Assembly: GCA_040285855.1 (NCBI GenBank)
Contig: JAUFOQ010000005.1
Span: 2,046,001-2,110,000 of the forward strand
From: Eukaryota sp. GEM-RC1
Taxonomy: Eukaryota
Length of the DNA stretch: 64,000 nucleotides
Direction: 5' to 3'
Shown here: positions 40,201 to 55,200 of the stretch, piece after piece
How positions within the stretch are numbered: the first letter of the stretch is position 1
Layout of the letters: every line of letters begins with the position of its first letter
The notes under the pieces: model-generated
Databases searched by the model: none
What the model saw: the letters and a program-made list of their open reading frames with translations, nothing else
What the model was told of the DNA's origin: nothing
Made by a program: the position numbers and the translations under genes

Positions 40201-43200
40201 ACAATTACATGAGTTGAACTGTTTTCGTGAGGAATTGGAATTGAAAAAGTGGACAACAATGAAAGGGAAACTGAACTTAACAAACAACTACTGCTAGGAA
40301 CAACGTCTAGAACTGCTCCATTTAGAATAGAAATTAATCCCATTGAACCAGAAGTACCATCATTGATTCTGAAAACAGTACAATTCCATTGGGCATAACC
40401 AGACACAAACACTGTACCAAAACCGAGAAAATGTCCTCCATTAAAAAGAAAAACAGACTCAACACGAGACACAATAGTACCAGAAAGATCGTAAGAACCA
40501 GTAAAAATACTAAACATATCAATCACAGTTAGCTCTAGCGCAAAATTATGGATTGTTGTTCCACCATAAATGTTGAATACACAAACTTCAATTTTGTTAT
40601 GAGTTTCAGATCTAGCAAAAGAAACAACACCATCCAGTACAAGTAATTGAGATCTGCAGTTGTTAATCTTGGCAGGAGCCCTGAATTGAGTAGTTCCTCC
40701 ATTAATGATGACCTCCATGTCCTCAACAATTCCTAAAAAGGTGGACATTGCATTGTCAAAGATGATGGTTCCATTACCAATAAACCTTGATGTATGATCC
40801 ATATGGAAAGCCAGAGCCATAAAGATAAGTTCAGTGTTGTGGTCCAAGAAAATAGTTCCTGGAAGCATACCTCCAGCAAAGAATCTCGAAGTACCATTAA
40901 AGGCTTCAAATCGAGATCCAACAGTAGTAACCAATCGAGAAGTAACGTTAAGAGAGTCATAAGCAAATATTTTGCCTTTGTTGATGAAGTTGCCATCTAT
41001 AGAAATTGAATTCACATGTAGAGAATGAAGAGAACCAGAAAGTTCAACTGACAGAGTTCCAGCTCCAGTAGTTTCTATAGAACCACCAGACCAAAAGGTT
41101 TCTCCGTGAAGGAATAATGAACGTCGAGTCCATGTCTTAGGACAAGCTCCTTCAATGATCAAGCTACCCAGGTATAAGGTACTACCATATCCAATAAAGT
41201 TACCACCTTTAGTTGGAGTTAAGCAAGACCAGACAGAATACACATCATCTAAAATAACAATGTGGCTCACACCACCAAGCTCACCTCCTTTGAAAATGAA
41301 TTGTCCTTCAGTGATGGTTAAACCACCAGCACCATCGAGAGATACTAAACCATTATATACTTCGAGATTCAGGGAGACAGTCAAAGCAGCATCTGTATAT
41401 AGTGTACCGTTAAGTACAATTACATTGGTAAACTCATGATTAGCACCGGAACAGTCTACAAAAGCACCATCAATAATAAAAGGAGCAGTAGATGCGATCT
41501 TGGCAGAGTGTCTAAACCAAACAGTACCACCTCTAGCAATAATCCTAGCATCATCACCAGTCATATTGAAGATACCTCGGGCATCAATGTCTGAACCGTC
41601 AAACAATACTTCACCTTGACCAACAAGCCAACTATTTTCATTCAAATATACTCTTGAGTTTTGGCCTTCTCCTCCTAAAGCAGGGAAGATGAGAGATGCA
41701 TTGGCATAAGTGTAAAGATATCCTCGTAGAGTACCACCATTCATCATGTAATTATCACCACGAAGAAGATGAATTTGAGCATCAGCGGAATTATCAATAT
41801 AGAGGTAAATGAAAGCTTCATTGGAATCAAAGAAGACACTATGATGATTCTTGAGTACTGGAGGTGGTTCAAGAGAATTTTCATTTTCAAGCGTGAAATA
41901 GTCTCTGGTAAACATAATTGTACCATAGTTATCAATAACCGGACCACCATAAATATTCCACATACCTTCTTGCCAATCAAGAATAGTGTGCGGTTGTAAC
42001 AGAACGCTTCTGTGAGATAAAGTCTTGATCTTACTTGTAGATAGAGTGACATTATTGTAAAAACACAATAGAACCTCCAGAACCACGAAGAATTCCACCA
42101 TTCCAGTCAAAATTATGAGTTGAAGTTAAAACACCGACACCTTCTAGAATTCCTCCGTTTTTAACGTATTCAGTCCTAGCAGTAAGAGCACCGTCAACGA
42201 CAGCGAGTCCAGCATCCTGATGAAACTTCTCAAGAATTGTTAGGTCACCTTGCACTGTCAATAATCCCGACTTGAAGATGAGTTCATTTAAGAAATAACA
42301 ATTCTTACTGAGATCGAGAGCCCTAGGTACACGAAGCTCACCACCATCGAGAATAATTCTGGGAGCTGTCAAGTCATATTCACCTTTAGGAGGACACTCA
42401 GCTGGAGGAGTCAAAGAAAGAGTACCACCTGTTTGAAGGATCAACACATTCATATCAGTTCTAATTTCGTGATCACCAGAGTCAATGACAATGGCCTGAG
42501 CAGTATCAATAACACCTGCTAAAGTAACACGTTCTCTTCCAAAGATGAAAGTACCCGTCTCTAAGGCTGACAGACGTCCATCGGAGAAACCACCACCAAG
42601 GAACTCAACAGAACCATTCTCAGCTCTAATTGTAGCTCTATTTTCGACGATCCATTCGATTCTGTGTCTGGCATATCTCCAATTTACATTTCCTTCAGGG
42701 GAAATGGTTTCACAATCAGCAAGAGCGAAGAAGAGATCTTGGGGGTCATTAAAAGTATAAAGACCAACAAGACCATGTGAAACCAAACTGCTAGACATCA
42801 AATCAGCACCAGGACATTCAAATGACGTGAGATACAGTGCTTCTTCGGTAGTTAAAGGACGTTCATAGACTCGAATATTGTCAATTTCAAAATCAGCAGA
42901 ATAGTCACCAAACAAGAAAGTGTTGTTCTCAGTTCTGGGGAATGTTCCTCCTAATGATATGGAAGTTTGCTGAGCTCCGTCACGATACAAATGGAAATCG
43001 CTCTCTTGTCGAACAACAGTGTAATGACGCCAAGAATTAGCAGCAACACCAGAAAAAGTATAGGTACGAACAGTGTTTCCTTCAGTTGTGGAAACACGTA
43101 AAGTAACACGTTCATCGTAACGATGGGTACTAGAACCCGATAACCACACATAGCGTTGTCTAAACTCTAATTCGACGTTTTCTGAGTAAGATATTTTGCC

Positions 43201-46200
43201 TTGATATAAGTAGCCAGTGGATGTTCCCCAACCAGGAAAGGGAGTATGTAGTCGTACAAAAGCAGCAAATGAAAGACCATTATCGAAAAGGGTATCTCTA
43301 ATTCCCATTACAGTGAAGATTCCATCATTAATCACAAGGGTTGAATTAGTAGTAGAGATAAAGTTTGTAGAGTCGGACCAATCATTTGGAATTCCATGAA
43401 GACGGGGTGAACTACAGTAACCGTCGTCATTTACAAAGACCACATCGAGCTTGGTAATATTACCAAAATTCCTTAACAACGCAGACCCTTCAGTTCTGAG
43501 CCAATCAACATTTCCAGTGTTAATTGTAGTGTTTTCCATGTTCAGAAACATGGTACCTCTAGAACCATATAAGTGACCATCAAACCAGTCAATAGTACCA
43601 AAGTTTTCGACATATCTTTCATCGATATGCTTCCTTCCAGCAGTTGCCCACTCAGCGTAGTTATTGAAAATGGTGGATCCAAGTCCAGAGAGTAAACCTT
43701 CATTCCAAAGGAAACTTTCTTCCACATAAGTTCTACCACTTCCTGATTGTTCTCCACCGTCCATTACATAGGTAGAGTAAATAGTTGAAACACCAGAAGT
43801 AGAAAACAGACCATCTGTTTGATGAATTCCTCGTCTAATTGTCAACTCAGCAGGTACAAAGAGCTTACCTCCATTAATTATGAACTGTGAAACAAACATT
43901 TCTCCAGTACTTCCAAAGAAGGTCATGATACCGTCATCCAATTGGAATATTGAATAATCATTGGTGACGTTTAGACCATTGTCCCATACAGAATCACCAC
44001 CTGTTTGTAATACTTTAGCATTGTCATTAAGAAAGACATAAGACCTGGATAGTGATTCAGCAGAACCAGAAATTTCCAAGATACCAGAACCAATAATGTA
44101 GGATTCAAGAAAGAGGTTATGAATACCATCCCGAAGAGAGATTTTACCACCAACTTCAATAGAAAAAACACCATAGTGATCAGAACCTCCAGTTAATTGT
44201 AAATCACCAGCAGCAGAACTAACGAGACCGTAGTTTTCTAAAAATGTGCCAATATTAACAATATAACCGTAACTAGTTTTTGTTACAACGCCATAGTTAA
44301 TGAATTCAGATCTAACACCTCCATCATCAAGTATAGCAACATCATTGGGGTTGTCAAACACATATGTAGCATTTTCAGTAACTACAAATGAAGCACCATC
44401 TCTAGAAAGTAGAGTACCTTCTTTAAAACTAGCACGTTCAAGAACTTTGACAGTGGTTAGAGACATTGCCTTATCTGCAGGGTCAATTACTGAGAGGAGA
44501 CGGGTATCAATAACACCAACATCAGAGAGTAAACCGCCAGATAGAATTAAGTCATTGGATACAGACATCTTGTTAGAAACTCTGATAACACCATCAGTTA
44601 TAAGTATATCGAGGAAAGTAAAGTGAGAACAATGGAAATCAATAGTAGCACCAGCTACAGAAAGTGTATCAAGATCCATATCAGAAGGCGGAGAAAGCAC
44701 ATCAATGTAACCACCAGTAAAAACGACATCACCATTACCTGAGAGAAGGGTTCCATCGAAGAACGAGCTCATTCCATCAGCAAAATCAAGAGTTCCTGTT
44801 TCAGCAACGTTAATGGTACCAAAGTTGGTCAGACCACCAGTCAGTTTAAGAGTACCAAATGCAGAGTTCAGAAGATTGTAATTAGTAACTCTGCCACTCA
44901 GATCAGTAACAGACATGGGATCAGATTGATTGATAACTCCAAAGTTATTAATAGGAACAGAGAACGTTCGTAAAGAAGCGACAGTTTCCAATAGGTTATG
45001 ATTCACAACGAGAGAGTGAGAAGGTAGGAAAGAACCGGAACTGTATAAAACTCTACCATCATTAACGACTGTTACTTCACTTAGTGTACAAGAGTTTACA
45101 GAGTCCACATCAAGAGTGGCTCCGTCCATAACATAAATGTTTCCAAATGAAAAGAAGGTTCCTTGATTGATTCTGAAGTAACCGGAGATAAACACTGAGG
45201 ACCCTGCAGTAATTAAACCACTAGAAAGAGTTGCTAAACGAATAATAGGTTCTGAAATAAGATACTCGACAGTTCCACCAGATACGTCAAAATGAGGAAC
45301 GCCAGCCATGATAGTGTTAACATAGACAGTACCGGTAGAAACAAGCACAGTTCCAGTGCCAAGTATTGATTCATGTGCTCTCCAAAAGACTACAGCATAT
45401 GATTGGACTAATCGTATTCCAGCACCACCAAAAGTTTGATTCAAAACACCATAGAACCAAGAATCACTATTGTAACACGCTAACTGTCCATCAGTTGCTG
45501 AAATTTGAGAATCCCAGTGAAAAATGTGGGGAGAGCCATAAAGTCGAAGTTGCCCATTTTCTAATAAAAGCTTACCGTGGAAGGAAGTTGCAGTGTAAAA
45601 GTAAAGTAGGCCTCGAACCACTAGAGTTCCAGCGGGATAATTAGTGAAATTACCAGGCATAATACGAGAATAGGAGGAAACTCCATCACGGACGAAAGTT
45701 CCATAATTGTGAATATCAACGCTGTAAGTATGTATGTTTGAGGAGAAAGAATCAAAATAAGTTCCAAAATTAACAATTGTTCCGACTACGGTTGAAGATG
45801 AGTAAATGAAATTATTCCAATCTGTTCCAGTAGATACAAACTCTGCAACAGGACTGATTTCAAGAGAGCCTTCATGATTAATACGGAGTGCTTCGCTACG
45901 AAGATACTGACCAGTACCATTAACAACTAGTTTTCCTCTATTCAGTGTAAGATCCTGATTAGTTTCCGTACCACGAATTTCCAAATGACCATTCACGATA
46001 ATAGAAGAGTCAACCGAATCAAATGTAATAGATCTACGGTGCCACGTCATGCCACCTAGGACAACTAGACCTCTGGGATCACCACCAAGATGATAAGCTG
46101 CTGAATTACAGTTAGTTCCAGGACGACCAGCAGAGATTAAAGCATGGACATAGCCACCGCCGTAAAGGTAAAGCTGGTTACAATAACGAACTAAACCAAG

Positions 46201-49200
46201 AATACCATTGATAGGGTCCAATTGATGAATATAAGTCCTTGATGGACTATCAAAAGTATTAATCTGTCCACCTTCTTCTACATAAACATTGGCGTAAATA
46301 TGGGAAACGGTGATTCGACAAACCAATTCACCAGTACTAGATATATTGAGATTACCACCATTCTTATGGAACTCATCAGCAACAGTATTCTGACCACATC
46401 TATTCCAAAGCAGACTCTCAACAAGAATGTCTGCTCCATAATCAAATGTTCTATGATACCAAATATCAGTAGAAGTATTTGCAGCAACGTGATAAAAAGC
46501 TCCTGGATGAAGAACCATTACAACAGATCGAGCAACGTCTTGAGTACGCTCGTGGACGTAAGTTCCATAAACAACAAAACCAGGATACAAATGGTGAGTG
46601 GAATGAGGATGATAGTCTGTTCTTCCTGAGGATTGACCGGCCTTAAAAGTTCCTGAAGCAGAAATTAAAAATTGAGAATCCTGCCAGAAATAGATGTTAT
46701 TTGTCATCATTTCCATGAAACCTTGCACTTCAAACTGAGATCGATAAAGATCAAAACGAGTGCTAGTTAAAGTACCAGTACAATTCACAGTCAAAATGAC
46801 ATGCAGATCAACAATATTACCACTAGAAGCATTAAAAGAATCAAAAATGACCAAAGTACCACCAAGACCTTCCAGATTACCATTGACAGTCATTGTAACT
46901 TGATCAGAGGTAACCTGCCGGACCAGAGCAAATCGTCCATTGGTTCCATCAACTAAAATCTCAGGAATGTGAATCTCGTGTGTGGAAAGGTTCAGTCTTG
47001 CTCTAGTAACATGTAATAGTTGACCAAGAGTTACAACACGAGCAGTAGTGTTATGAATAGGAACATCAGGATAAGTGGCAAGGGTAGATTGAGGATAATG
47101 GCCCACGAATTCAAAGTGACCATTAGAGTGAGATGCATCGATCCTAGTTGATCCAGTAATGTTGTAGAAGCCATAGAAAAAGAAGAAGAATATTGGACGA
47201 AAACAATGTTACCGTCACCGTGAATGATACAACTTTCTTCGTAAAAAGTGGTTGAAAGTTCCAGTGTAGCATCAGTTTCAACATGATAGATACCAGTTGA
47301 ATAGGAAAAGTCGTTATAAGCCTGAGTAAATCCAAACTGTAACAAGCCAGTCTCAACATAAACATTACCATGATTGTGAGCCAATACATTAAGTACAGCT
47401 GTAGTACTGGAGCGACCGTAAAGATTGCCGTAATTGTAGAAATGAGATGCAATATGTGAATGAGTTAAGGGATCCAAAGAAATACCTGCTCCGTTCATTA
47501 TCCAGTCACCTCTATTAATATAAGTGGTTCTCAGAGAGTATATTCGATTTGATTCAAAATTAAAAGTACCGTAATTTTCAATAATTGGTCCGTAATGGAT
47601 TCCGATAGTTCCTCCCGGTTGAATGACTGTTTGGTTGAGCAAAATTAAATGAATATCATCTCTGATATCACAGTTAGATCCAACTTCGAACAAACCAGTA
47701 ACAGTGAAAACACCGTCTGGTTTTGGTGCATATGAAGTATTGGCTCTGATATTTCCATGAACATAGAGATGGGAAAGAATGATAGAGGAATTATCCATGT
47801 TCAATACAGCAAAGGACGATGACGCTATTTGAATATCAACAAAAGAATGGTGGAAAAGATTGCAGATAGTAGTCCGGCCTCTTGTTTGGATATCTAAATG
47901 AGCATGTTCAATCATAAAGTGACTGAACAAGACTGTAGGATAGAAGAAAAAGTGAGGGGGATAACTATTGTGATTGGCTGGTCCTGTTCTAAACTCTCCA
48001 GTTATGTTAAGAAAACCATTGAAATGAGCATGACCTCGCTGACCTATAAGAGAACCAGGGCCTTCTACAGTGGAATTCTCATAAAAGTAACGATGATAAG
48101 TAGTTGCAGTGTTATCTAAAAGAAGCAAAACAGTGTTTTCATGGAGGTAATGATATCCATAATTGTGAACGTCTCTAGCTAGCTTTAGAGTTCCTTGTTC
48201 CACAATTACGTCGCCATAATTAATGAATAACCAACTATGGGTAGCCGTACCAGTACCACGTTTGAATAAAAGTCCGTCATTTACAAAAGCAGAAGTATTA
48301 GAAGATTGACTCATGGTATCCCACTGAACAAACGTGGCGTTGTTGGCGTTTACAATCTGTGACGTATTAGAAGGAGAAAGTTGACCAGCGATCCATTCAC
48401 CTGAAAATAGATTGACAATGGAAATAGAAGAAGTCAATGTCTTGGTACCTGCGGTAACCATTTCAAAGAACTGGTGTACGTAGAAGTATCCTGATCCTGT
48501 TATTGTACCAGCATTCCAGGTAAAAGTATTTAAAACATCAACGTGTTCAATACTCGTGATTGTCCCTGAAAACAGTGTAATATTGTGACTAACAAGAGAC
48601 TTTTGATTAGTGATTGTAGAAGCGGAAGCTGCCTGGCCCGTTTGACCCATGACAAGATTACAAATGTAAACGTTATCATTGAAAACAAGAGATCCTGAAG
48701 TGATAGTAAGAGTAGTTGGACAATCAAAAGACACGTCACATTGATTATCAAACGATCCGCCTGTTAAAACAAGAGAACCTGGTTGATTAAGTAAGACTTT
48801 TCCTGGACAGATGTTCGTAAATGATGACGAAGTGGAGAATTCCAAGTCCCCATAAAATACAAATCGACCGAAATTGGTGCCTACGGCATGAGGTAGAAGT
48901 AGCAACTACTGAGGCAAATTGTTTAATGGTAAAATTTTGGTAATTTTTGTAAACTCCAATAAATGAGGTTTTACCCATCCAGAAGTCAGTTGTTCCACGA
49001 TTGATAAAATCTAAAGATACAGTAATATCAGATGTACTGTCGAAATTAAAAGCACCAAACACAACAATTTGTCCCTTATTTGTAGTAGATGTTCTTGCCA
49101 ATGATGATGGTGAAGAAGCAGCACTAAGATTATAAACAGCAGTTTCCGCCACATTTAATACAAAATTAGTGTTTGTAGTCATTGTACCCAAAGCATGCAA

Positions 49201-52200
49201 GAACTCGTTCAATACAGTCATTTCCATTTGGGAATAAGTAGCAGCACCAGACATATACACTTGATCAACAAAAAATAAACCAACACCAGACATAGTACCA
49301 CCTTCAACCATTAGATTATTTAAAAGAGGGTTCCTCCAACAGTTAAAGTACCAGTAGAAATTGTAATGTTTGTAACGTTCATAGTTCTGGGTACTGAGAG
49401 AATTCCTCCTTGAATGGAAAAGATTAAATCAGTAGTTTCAGAAGGAACATTTAAAACAGCAGTTCCACCGGTAATAAAAAGAGTTTCCAAAGAATTGACA
49501 AGTGAGAAAATACGAGTTGTTCCTCCAGTTACTGAGAAAGACCCATAGCAATTAGTTTCAGAACCAGGAAGATATGTGAAAACTACCGCAGAATGCACGA
49601 TTGAAGAGCTAACAGAATTATTAATGTTTCCTAAAGAAAAACCGGACCCACAAATATCAATAAAGCTTTGGTCAATGACCAGATCTCCAAAGTTTTCTAA
49701 TACAAAACCCATTCGAATATCAGCAGAGTCAGATAGAACGAACTCATTTCGATTAATAATTTTACATGAAGTAGAGGTAACAAATGTAAAAGACACTGAC
49801 TCACCAAAGGTAGATATTAAGCCAGAACTATCTATTATAGTATGTGAACATGTGTTAATTGAGCCAGATTTGAAGAAAATTGTACCGTTGTTATAAACAT
49901 TAGTAAACAAACTAATGACCTCGACAGAATCCAGGTAGAACTCGGAAGATGAAGGAAGGTGTACGGTGTTAATGTTGATTGTACCGCCATAGTAATTGAA
50001 AACGTCAGTGATTGTAATTCTGCTTGCACCAGTAAGAGTAGACGAATTAGATTGTCTCAAATCAGTAACGACAACAGGCATAGAAACATGTAGAGTTGCT
50101 GAATTGATGAGACGAAGTTCAGTAAAGTTCATGTACTTATTGAACGGTGATAAGGTAAGAGTTCCGCCAGAAACAAGAAGTTGACCTTCATGCATAAATA
50201 AACCGCCGATTTCAATAGAGCCAGATATTACACTAATTAAGTCAGTATTTTTCGAAATGAAACCTCCCAAAAACAAATGTGTAGCAGGAGAAACAACAGA
50301 TACAATAGCAGTATCAAGAGAGACATTACCATTAAAAGTACCAGAACCCGAGAAAACAATAGTTCCATCACTGAAATTAAACAATCCTGAACCAGTTGTC
50401 TTCGTGGATAACGTGATATTACTTCTAAAGCAATTTAATACACCCTCAATGTGGAACGTGGATGCCGCATCAGTCTGGGTAAAACTAAGTGACTGACTGA
50501 CAAGAGAAAGGGTAGACGATGAGTTTACAGAAAGAAGAGCATTCGAGCTTAGAGTAACACCAGTATTTGCAACTAGATCCATTCGTGCTTCACAGTTGAC
50601 CAAGAACATCTTAGTAGCTGAGATAGAAACATCCTCCTTGAATGTGACTTGATCATAAACGAAAACATAACCTGAACCAGTGAACGTCACATCATTCAGA
50701 ATAGTGAACTCGTGGAGAGTCAGACTAGAGTCTGACGGAACAGTAACCGTTGAGTCAATGAACATAGATCTAGTGACAGAGCAAGGAGAAGTAAAGATTA
50801 CAGTGGAAGAATCAACAGTAAGGTCGACAATATGACAAATTGAAACATCCTTGAATTCAACGCTGGAATTACTAAACATTGAAATACCCGTAAAAGTCCA
50901 TGTAGATTCAGATACAATAAGAAAATCATTAACTAGTAAAGACCCAGAACCAGAAAACTCACAATCAGAAAATTGTACTACTGAAGAGACTACAAATGAA
51001 GAGTTCGCCCCAACGACTAGGTCCTTGGCAAATATACTGTTACCTTGGACGTCAAGATATGCATCAACAAGTTCAGTATATGAAGCATCTATTTGACAGT
51101 TCAGATTCAAATGAGACCGTTCTAATCGTAATGAATGGTCGATTGACAACAATTCAGAAGATTCACAGAAAATAGATAATCCTAAATCAGATACAACGAA
51201 GTGATGTAGATCAAAATGAGCATTGCTCTGAATAACACTCGTTGAATCTCCAACAACCATAGAAACAAGGATTGAATTAAGGAAATCATAATCATGATGG
51301 ACATCATTGGAGACGTCATTCCTCCCAATGCCCTGAAGGGTAAAAAGAGATCCAGTGAAGAGTGTAAACTGCAACTCCGCATGTTCAGAAAGTTCCAGTA
51401 AAAGTCCTTCTACAGAGATATCGTGGAAACTGAGAGAGTTGTTAATGTAAAGCTTAGAGCCTGGAGTGATAGTGACCTCTTCAATAGAGAAAGAAGAAGT
51501 GTCAAACACAACGGCAGTGGTCAGAGTCTCAAATTCCCCATCACCAGATATAGTACCACTACCTTGAATGATTGAGTCATCAGCAACTAGTTTGCCTTGC
51601 AGGTCAATCAAGCAATCATCAAAGTAAATAGTCTTGGAACTAATATTAACAGAGATACCAGAAGGTATTGTTAAAGAACCATTTACAGAGCATACGAAAT
51701 GAACTCTATTGTGAATTGTAACATCAGAATTGAAAATAACATTATCATTGACTATGAATATACTGTCTGACTCAAAGACAGTAGTGCCAATCAATGTGGT
51801 AAGAGATTGGAATTCAACATCACGGAAAATTGCCTGCGACGAAACAACGTGCTGTGAAAAGACACTTCTTTCGGCAGTAAGTGAATTAAAGAAAGAAGTT
51901 GTGTCAATTGTGGAGTCCTCAATAGTTGCAGTCTGAGACATGAGAATTACAGAGTCTAAAGTGGAATGTTTAAAAGTCACGGTGTTGATGAAAAGACTTT
52001 CAGCTGTAATAGTGGAATGAAGAAAAGTCATTGGAGAATAGCTGATTTCTGGAAACAAACGTTACAGTGGAGGAGTTGACAACAAGTGGTGCTGAAAAAG
52101 ACTGTTTGGAAAGTTTAAAGTTGGATCCTTCAGTAGTGAACAGATTAGAAGAAATAACAGCAGAACTACTCAGGAAACCATCAAAATCAGAAAGATGAAC

Positions 52201-55200
52201 TGAACCAGGACCGTTAATTACTGTATCAAACAATCGTGAAGTTGACTTAAAGGTCAGCTGTGATGAAGATAGAACAAAATTTCCTAATGGAAAGACAAGA
52301 CTGTCAATAGTTAAATCTCCATTAGCTTGCACATAATTAGTAATTACTTTGGAAGACAGTACAGCGTCGGCATTAGAAGCAACATCAAGAGTAGAACCAA
52401 AGTAGATCAATCCTGGTTGAGAGTCAGTAATTGAACGTCCAATAGAAGCAGATGAAACAGAAGAAGTATCAAAGATCAACAGTTCAACACCAGAGAAGGC
52501 AATGGTTCCAGATATGTAAGAGAAACTAATTGTACGGAAAACATCAGTTGATAGAGAAAAGTCCCCATTAAAGGTAACTGATGAGGTAGATATCACTTGA
52601 ACAGAAACATCTCCTCCAGTAATTGAAAAAGATGCACCAGAACCTAGATAGACACTACCAGAACCAGACAAGGAACCACCAGTGACAGTAAGGGAATTAG
52701 TAATTTCAAGAACATTATCGACAATTAATTCACCTTGATTTAGTTGTACAGTCCTGACAATAGCATAGTGATCTAAAGTAAGAGTTGCACCAGCAACATT
52801 AAAGACAGTGTTATCTTGACTTCTAGGAACAGAGTTCGGACTCCAGTTATTAGAATTAAACCAAGAGCCTGTTGCTGAGACTGTAGAGAGTGTCTGTGTT
52901 CCTATCCAAGTAGTACAGGATGAACCAAAATAGTTACTGTTACACCAACAATTACCCTCTACTAAAACTCCTTGGTCATTACACCCAGTGGAAATGGAGC
53001 AATCATTTCCAGTCCAGCCAGGGTCACAATCACAAATACCAGAATTACAACCGCCATTTCCACTACATGCATTTGGACATTGGTGAGCCCGAACACGGCA
53101 ACCAGAGGCAATACATTCAAGGAAAATGTGATTGCCATCTTTGGAAGTCGTTAGACCCGTAGTGTACATGTGGCCGTGAAGATTGTTACTACCAATCAAA
53201 AGAAATTGGTTGCCAGAAGAAACAGTACGACTGAATGAAGTGACATCAAAAATTCCACCCAGATAAGCAGACGTTGTAGTAATTCTAGGAGGAGTTGCGA
53301 CATCAATTGTAACTTGTGCCCTTGAAGTCCGATCTAAAAACAAATGAGTAATAGTACAATGACTATTCACAACAAGAGTAGAGTCAAAAGAGTGTAATGT
53401 ACCAGTTAGATGACCTCCGTTAAGGTTTAAGGTAGAAGATAATAGTTTCACTGAAGGTGCTGTGAGTGTACGGGTAGTTAACGTGACAGCAACTGACTTT
53501 AAAATCAGGGGTTTTTGAATAGTTAAAGTACCACTGGTTACAAAACTGTTGGTAATAGTCAAGAAACCACTGATAGTTCGAGTATGAGTAGAGGAACTGA
53601 TCTGTAGATCACGAACAAAGAGCAGCACGTCCTCGCCAAAAGAAAACTGGCTGGACAACGTAAGCCACTGTTCAGCAACAATTACACCAGTACCAGTAAA
53701 AGACCCTGTTGAAGAAATATTAATATCGGTAGTGAAAACTATTCTGACTCCGTCAAACAGTTCAAAATGACCCACAACAGTAATTTCGTCCAAAACACGA
53801 AGAGTTCCCAATCCACCAACATCACGTCCACTATTAATCTGTAAAGAGCTGCCAGAAAGCTCCATTAAACCATGGATCAAAGAATCATGAACCGCATATT
53901 GACAGAAAGAGTTTAGACAATTCATTCGCACAGTAGTACCACCAAAAATACCGTCATCTCCGGCGTTAATATTATGGAACAAGCAGTTGGAGTTGTTCAT
54001 AGCAACACTGGGCCGATTGGAACTGAGGAATCTGAAAGTATTAACAGTTGGAGTATTGTCAATAAATTCGACATGAGCGGAATGGTAGACATACAACCGG
54101 TAAGTGGCATGGAAAAATCCTGAAGTAGCAAAGATGGAATTTGAGTACAAGTAGAAGTCCCTTAGACGGAAATAACCAGTGGAAACGTGATATTCAGGAT
54201 AATCAGAATTTAAAATTATATGTCTACCGGAAGCACTGGCGTCAAGAGTTCCGTGAACAATAAAATTGTGACGCATAACCCAATTAGCAGTGGTAGAAAT
54301 TGTCACGGTAGCTCCGTGTTCAACAATAAAGTTTCTACCATTAGACATTGAATGCCCAGAAACGTAGTTAAAGGTTCCTCCAGCGATGATGAAATCACAA
54401 GTAGCACAAGCAGTGATGTGACCCGAAGAATACCGACCACCATTACGTAATATGAAAGTAACAGCGTAATTATTTGATGACTGACCGGTATTGATTGTAT
54501 AGTAACCCAGAAGCTCGACTGTACCACCACCTAGAAAGTTGAAACCAGCATTTGTCCAGGCATTGTTAACCTCTAGGACTGTACCTTCATTAATTGTAAA
54601 TGTGGCAGTTCGAACGGTATTCACAACAGCGGTAACTTTGACTGGTTTGTTTTCCCCATACTTAATTACATGGAAATTTGGACCGTTATTGATTCCATCA
54701 AGTGTGTTAATGGTAGTTCCATCAGCAACATAGAGTCGAGAGTTTGTGTTACTAGTAAACTGGGTAGCACTCACATCGTCCAGGGTACATCCATAACAAT
54801 ACATATGACGAGATGAGGTAACTCTCCAATTATTTGAAGAAAAAGTCGTTCCAAACAGTTCACATTTTGAACTTTCACAAGAGAACCAGCCATTATTGTT
54901 GATGGTGGAGCTGTGGATTTCTACTTCGTTAAAGAAGTGAACATGGTTTGCACCAATATTAAAAGTAGGACTTTCTATATAGACAGGTTGGTAGAACTGA
55001 AACGACCCGGTTAATGAGAGATCGCTTGTTCCTAAGACATAAAATTCCCAATTAATATGAATTGTGTTGGTGGTAGTCTTCTGAACACTTCCAGTTGAGT
55101 AAAAAGTGGGTCTTGTGCCACCAGAATTCCAATATCCAGCAGTTAAAGTCATACTTCCAGTATTATTGAAAAGAAATGAGAGTTAGAATTAACAGTAAAT

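Noticed and set aside
42034..42064. Possible 31-nt GT..AAG intron at a giant-gene junction, and a 19-nt GT..CAG candidate near 52042-52060
   Set aside because: Neither has the TCTYAYYTCAG end, and removal at the 42060 junction deletes residues that fit the repeat register
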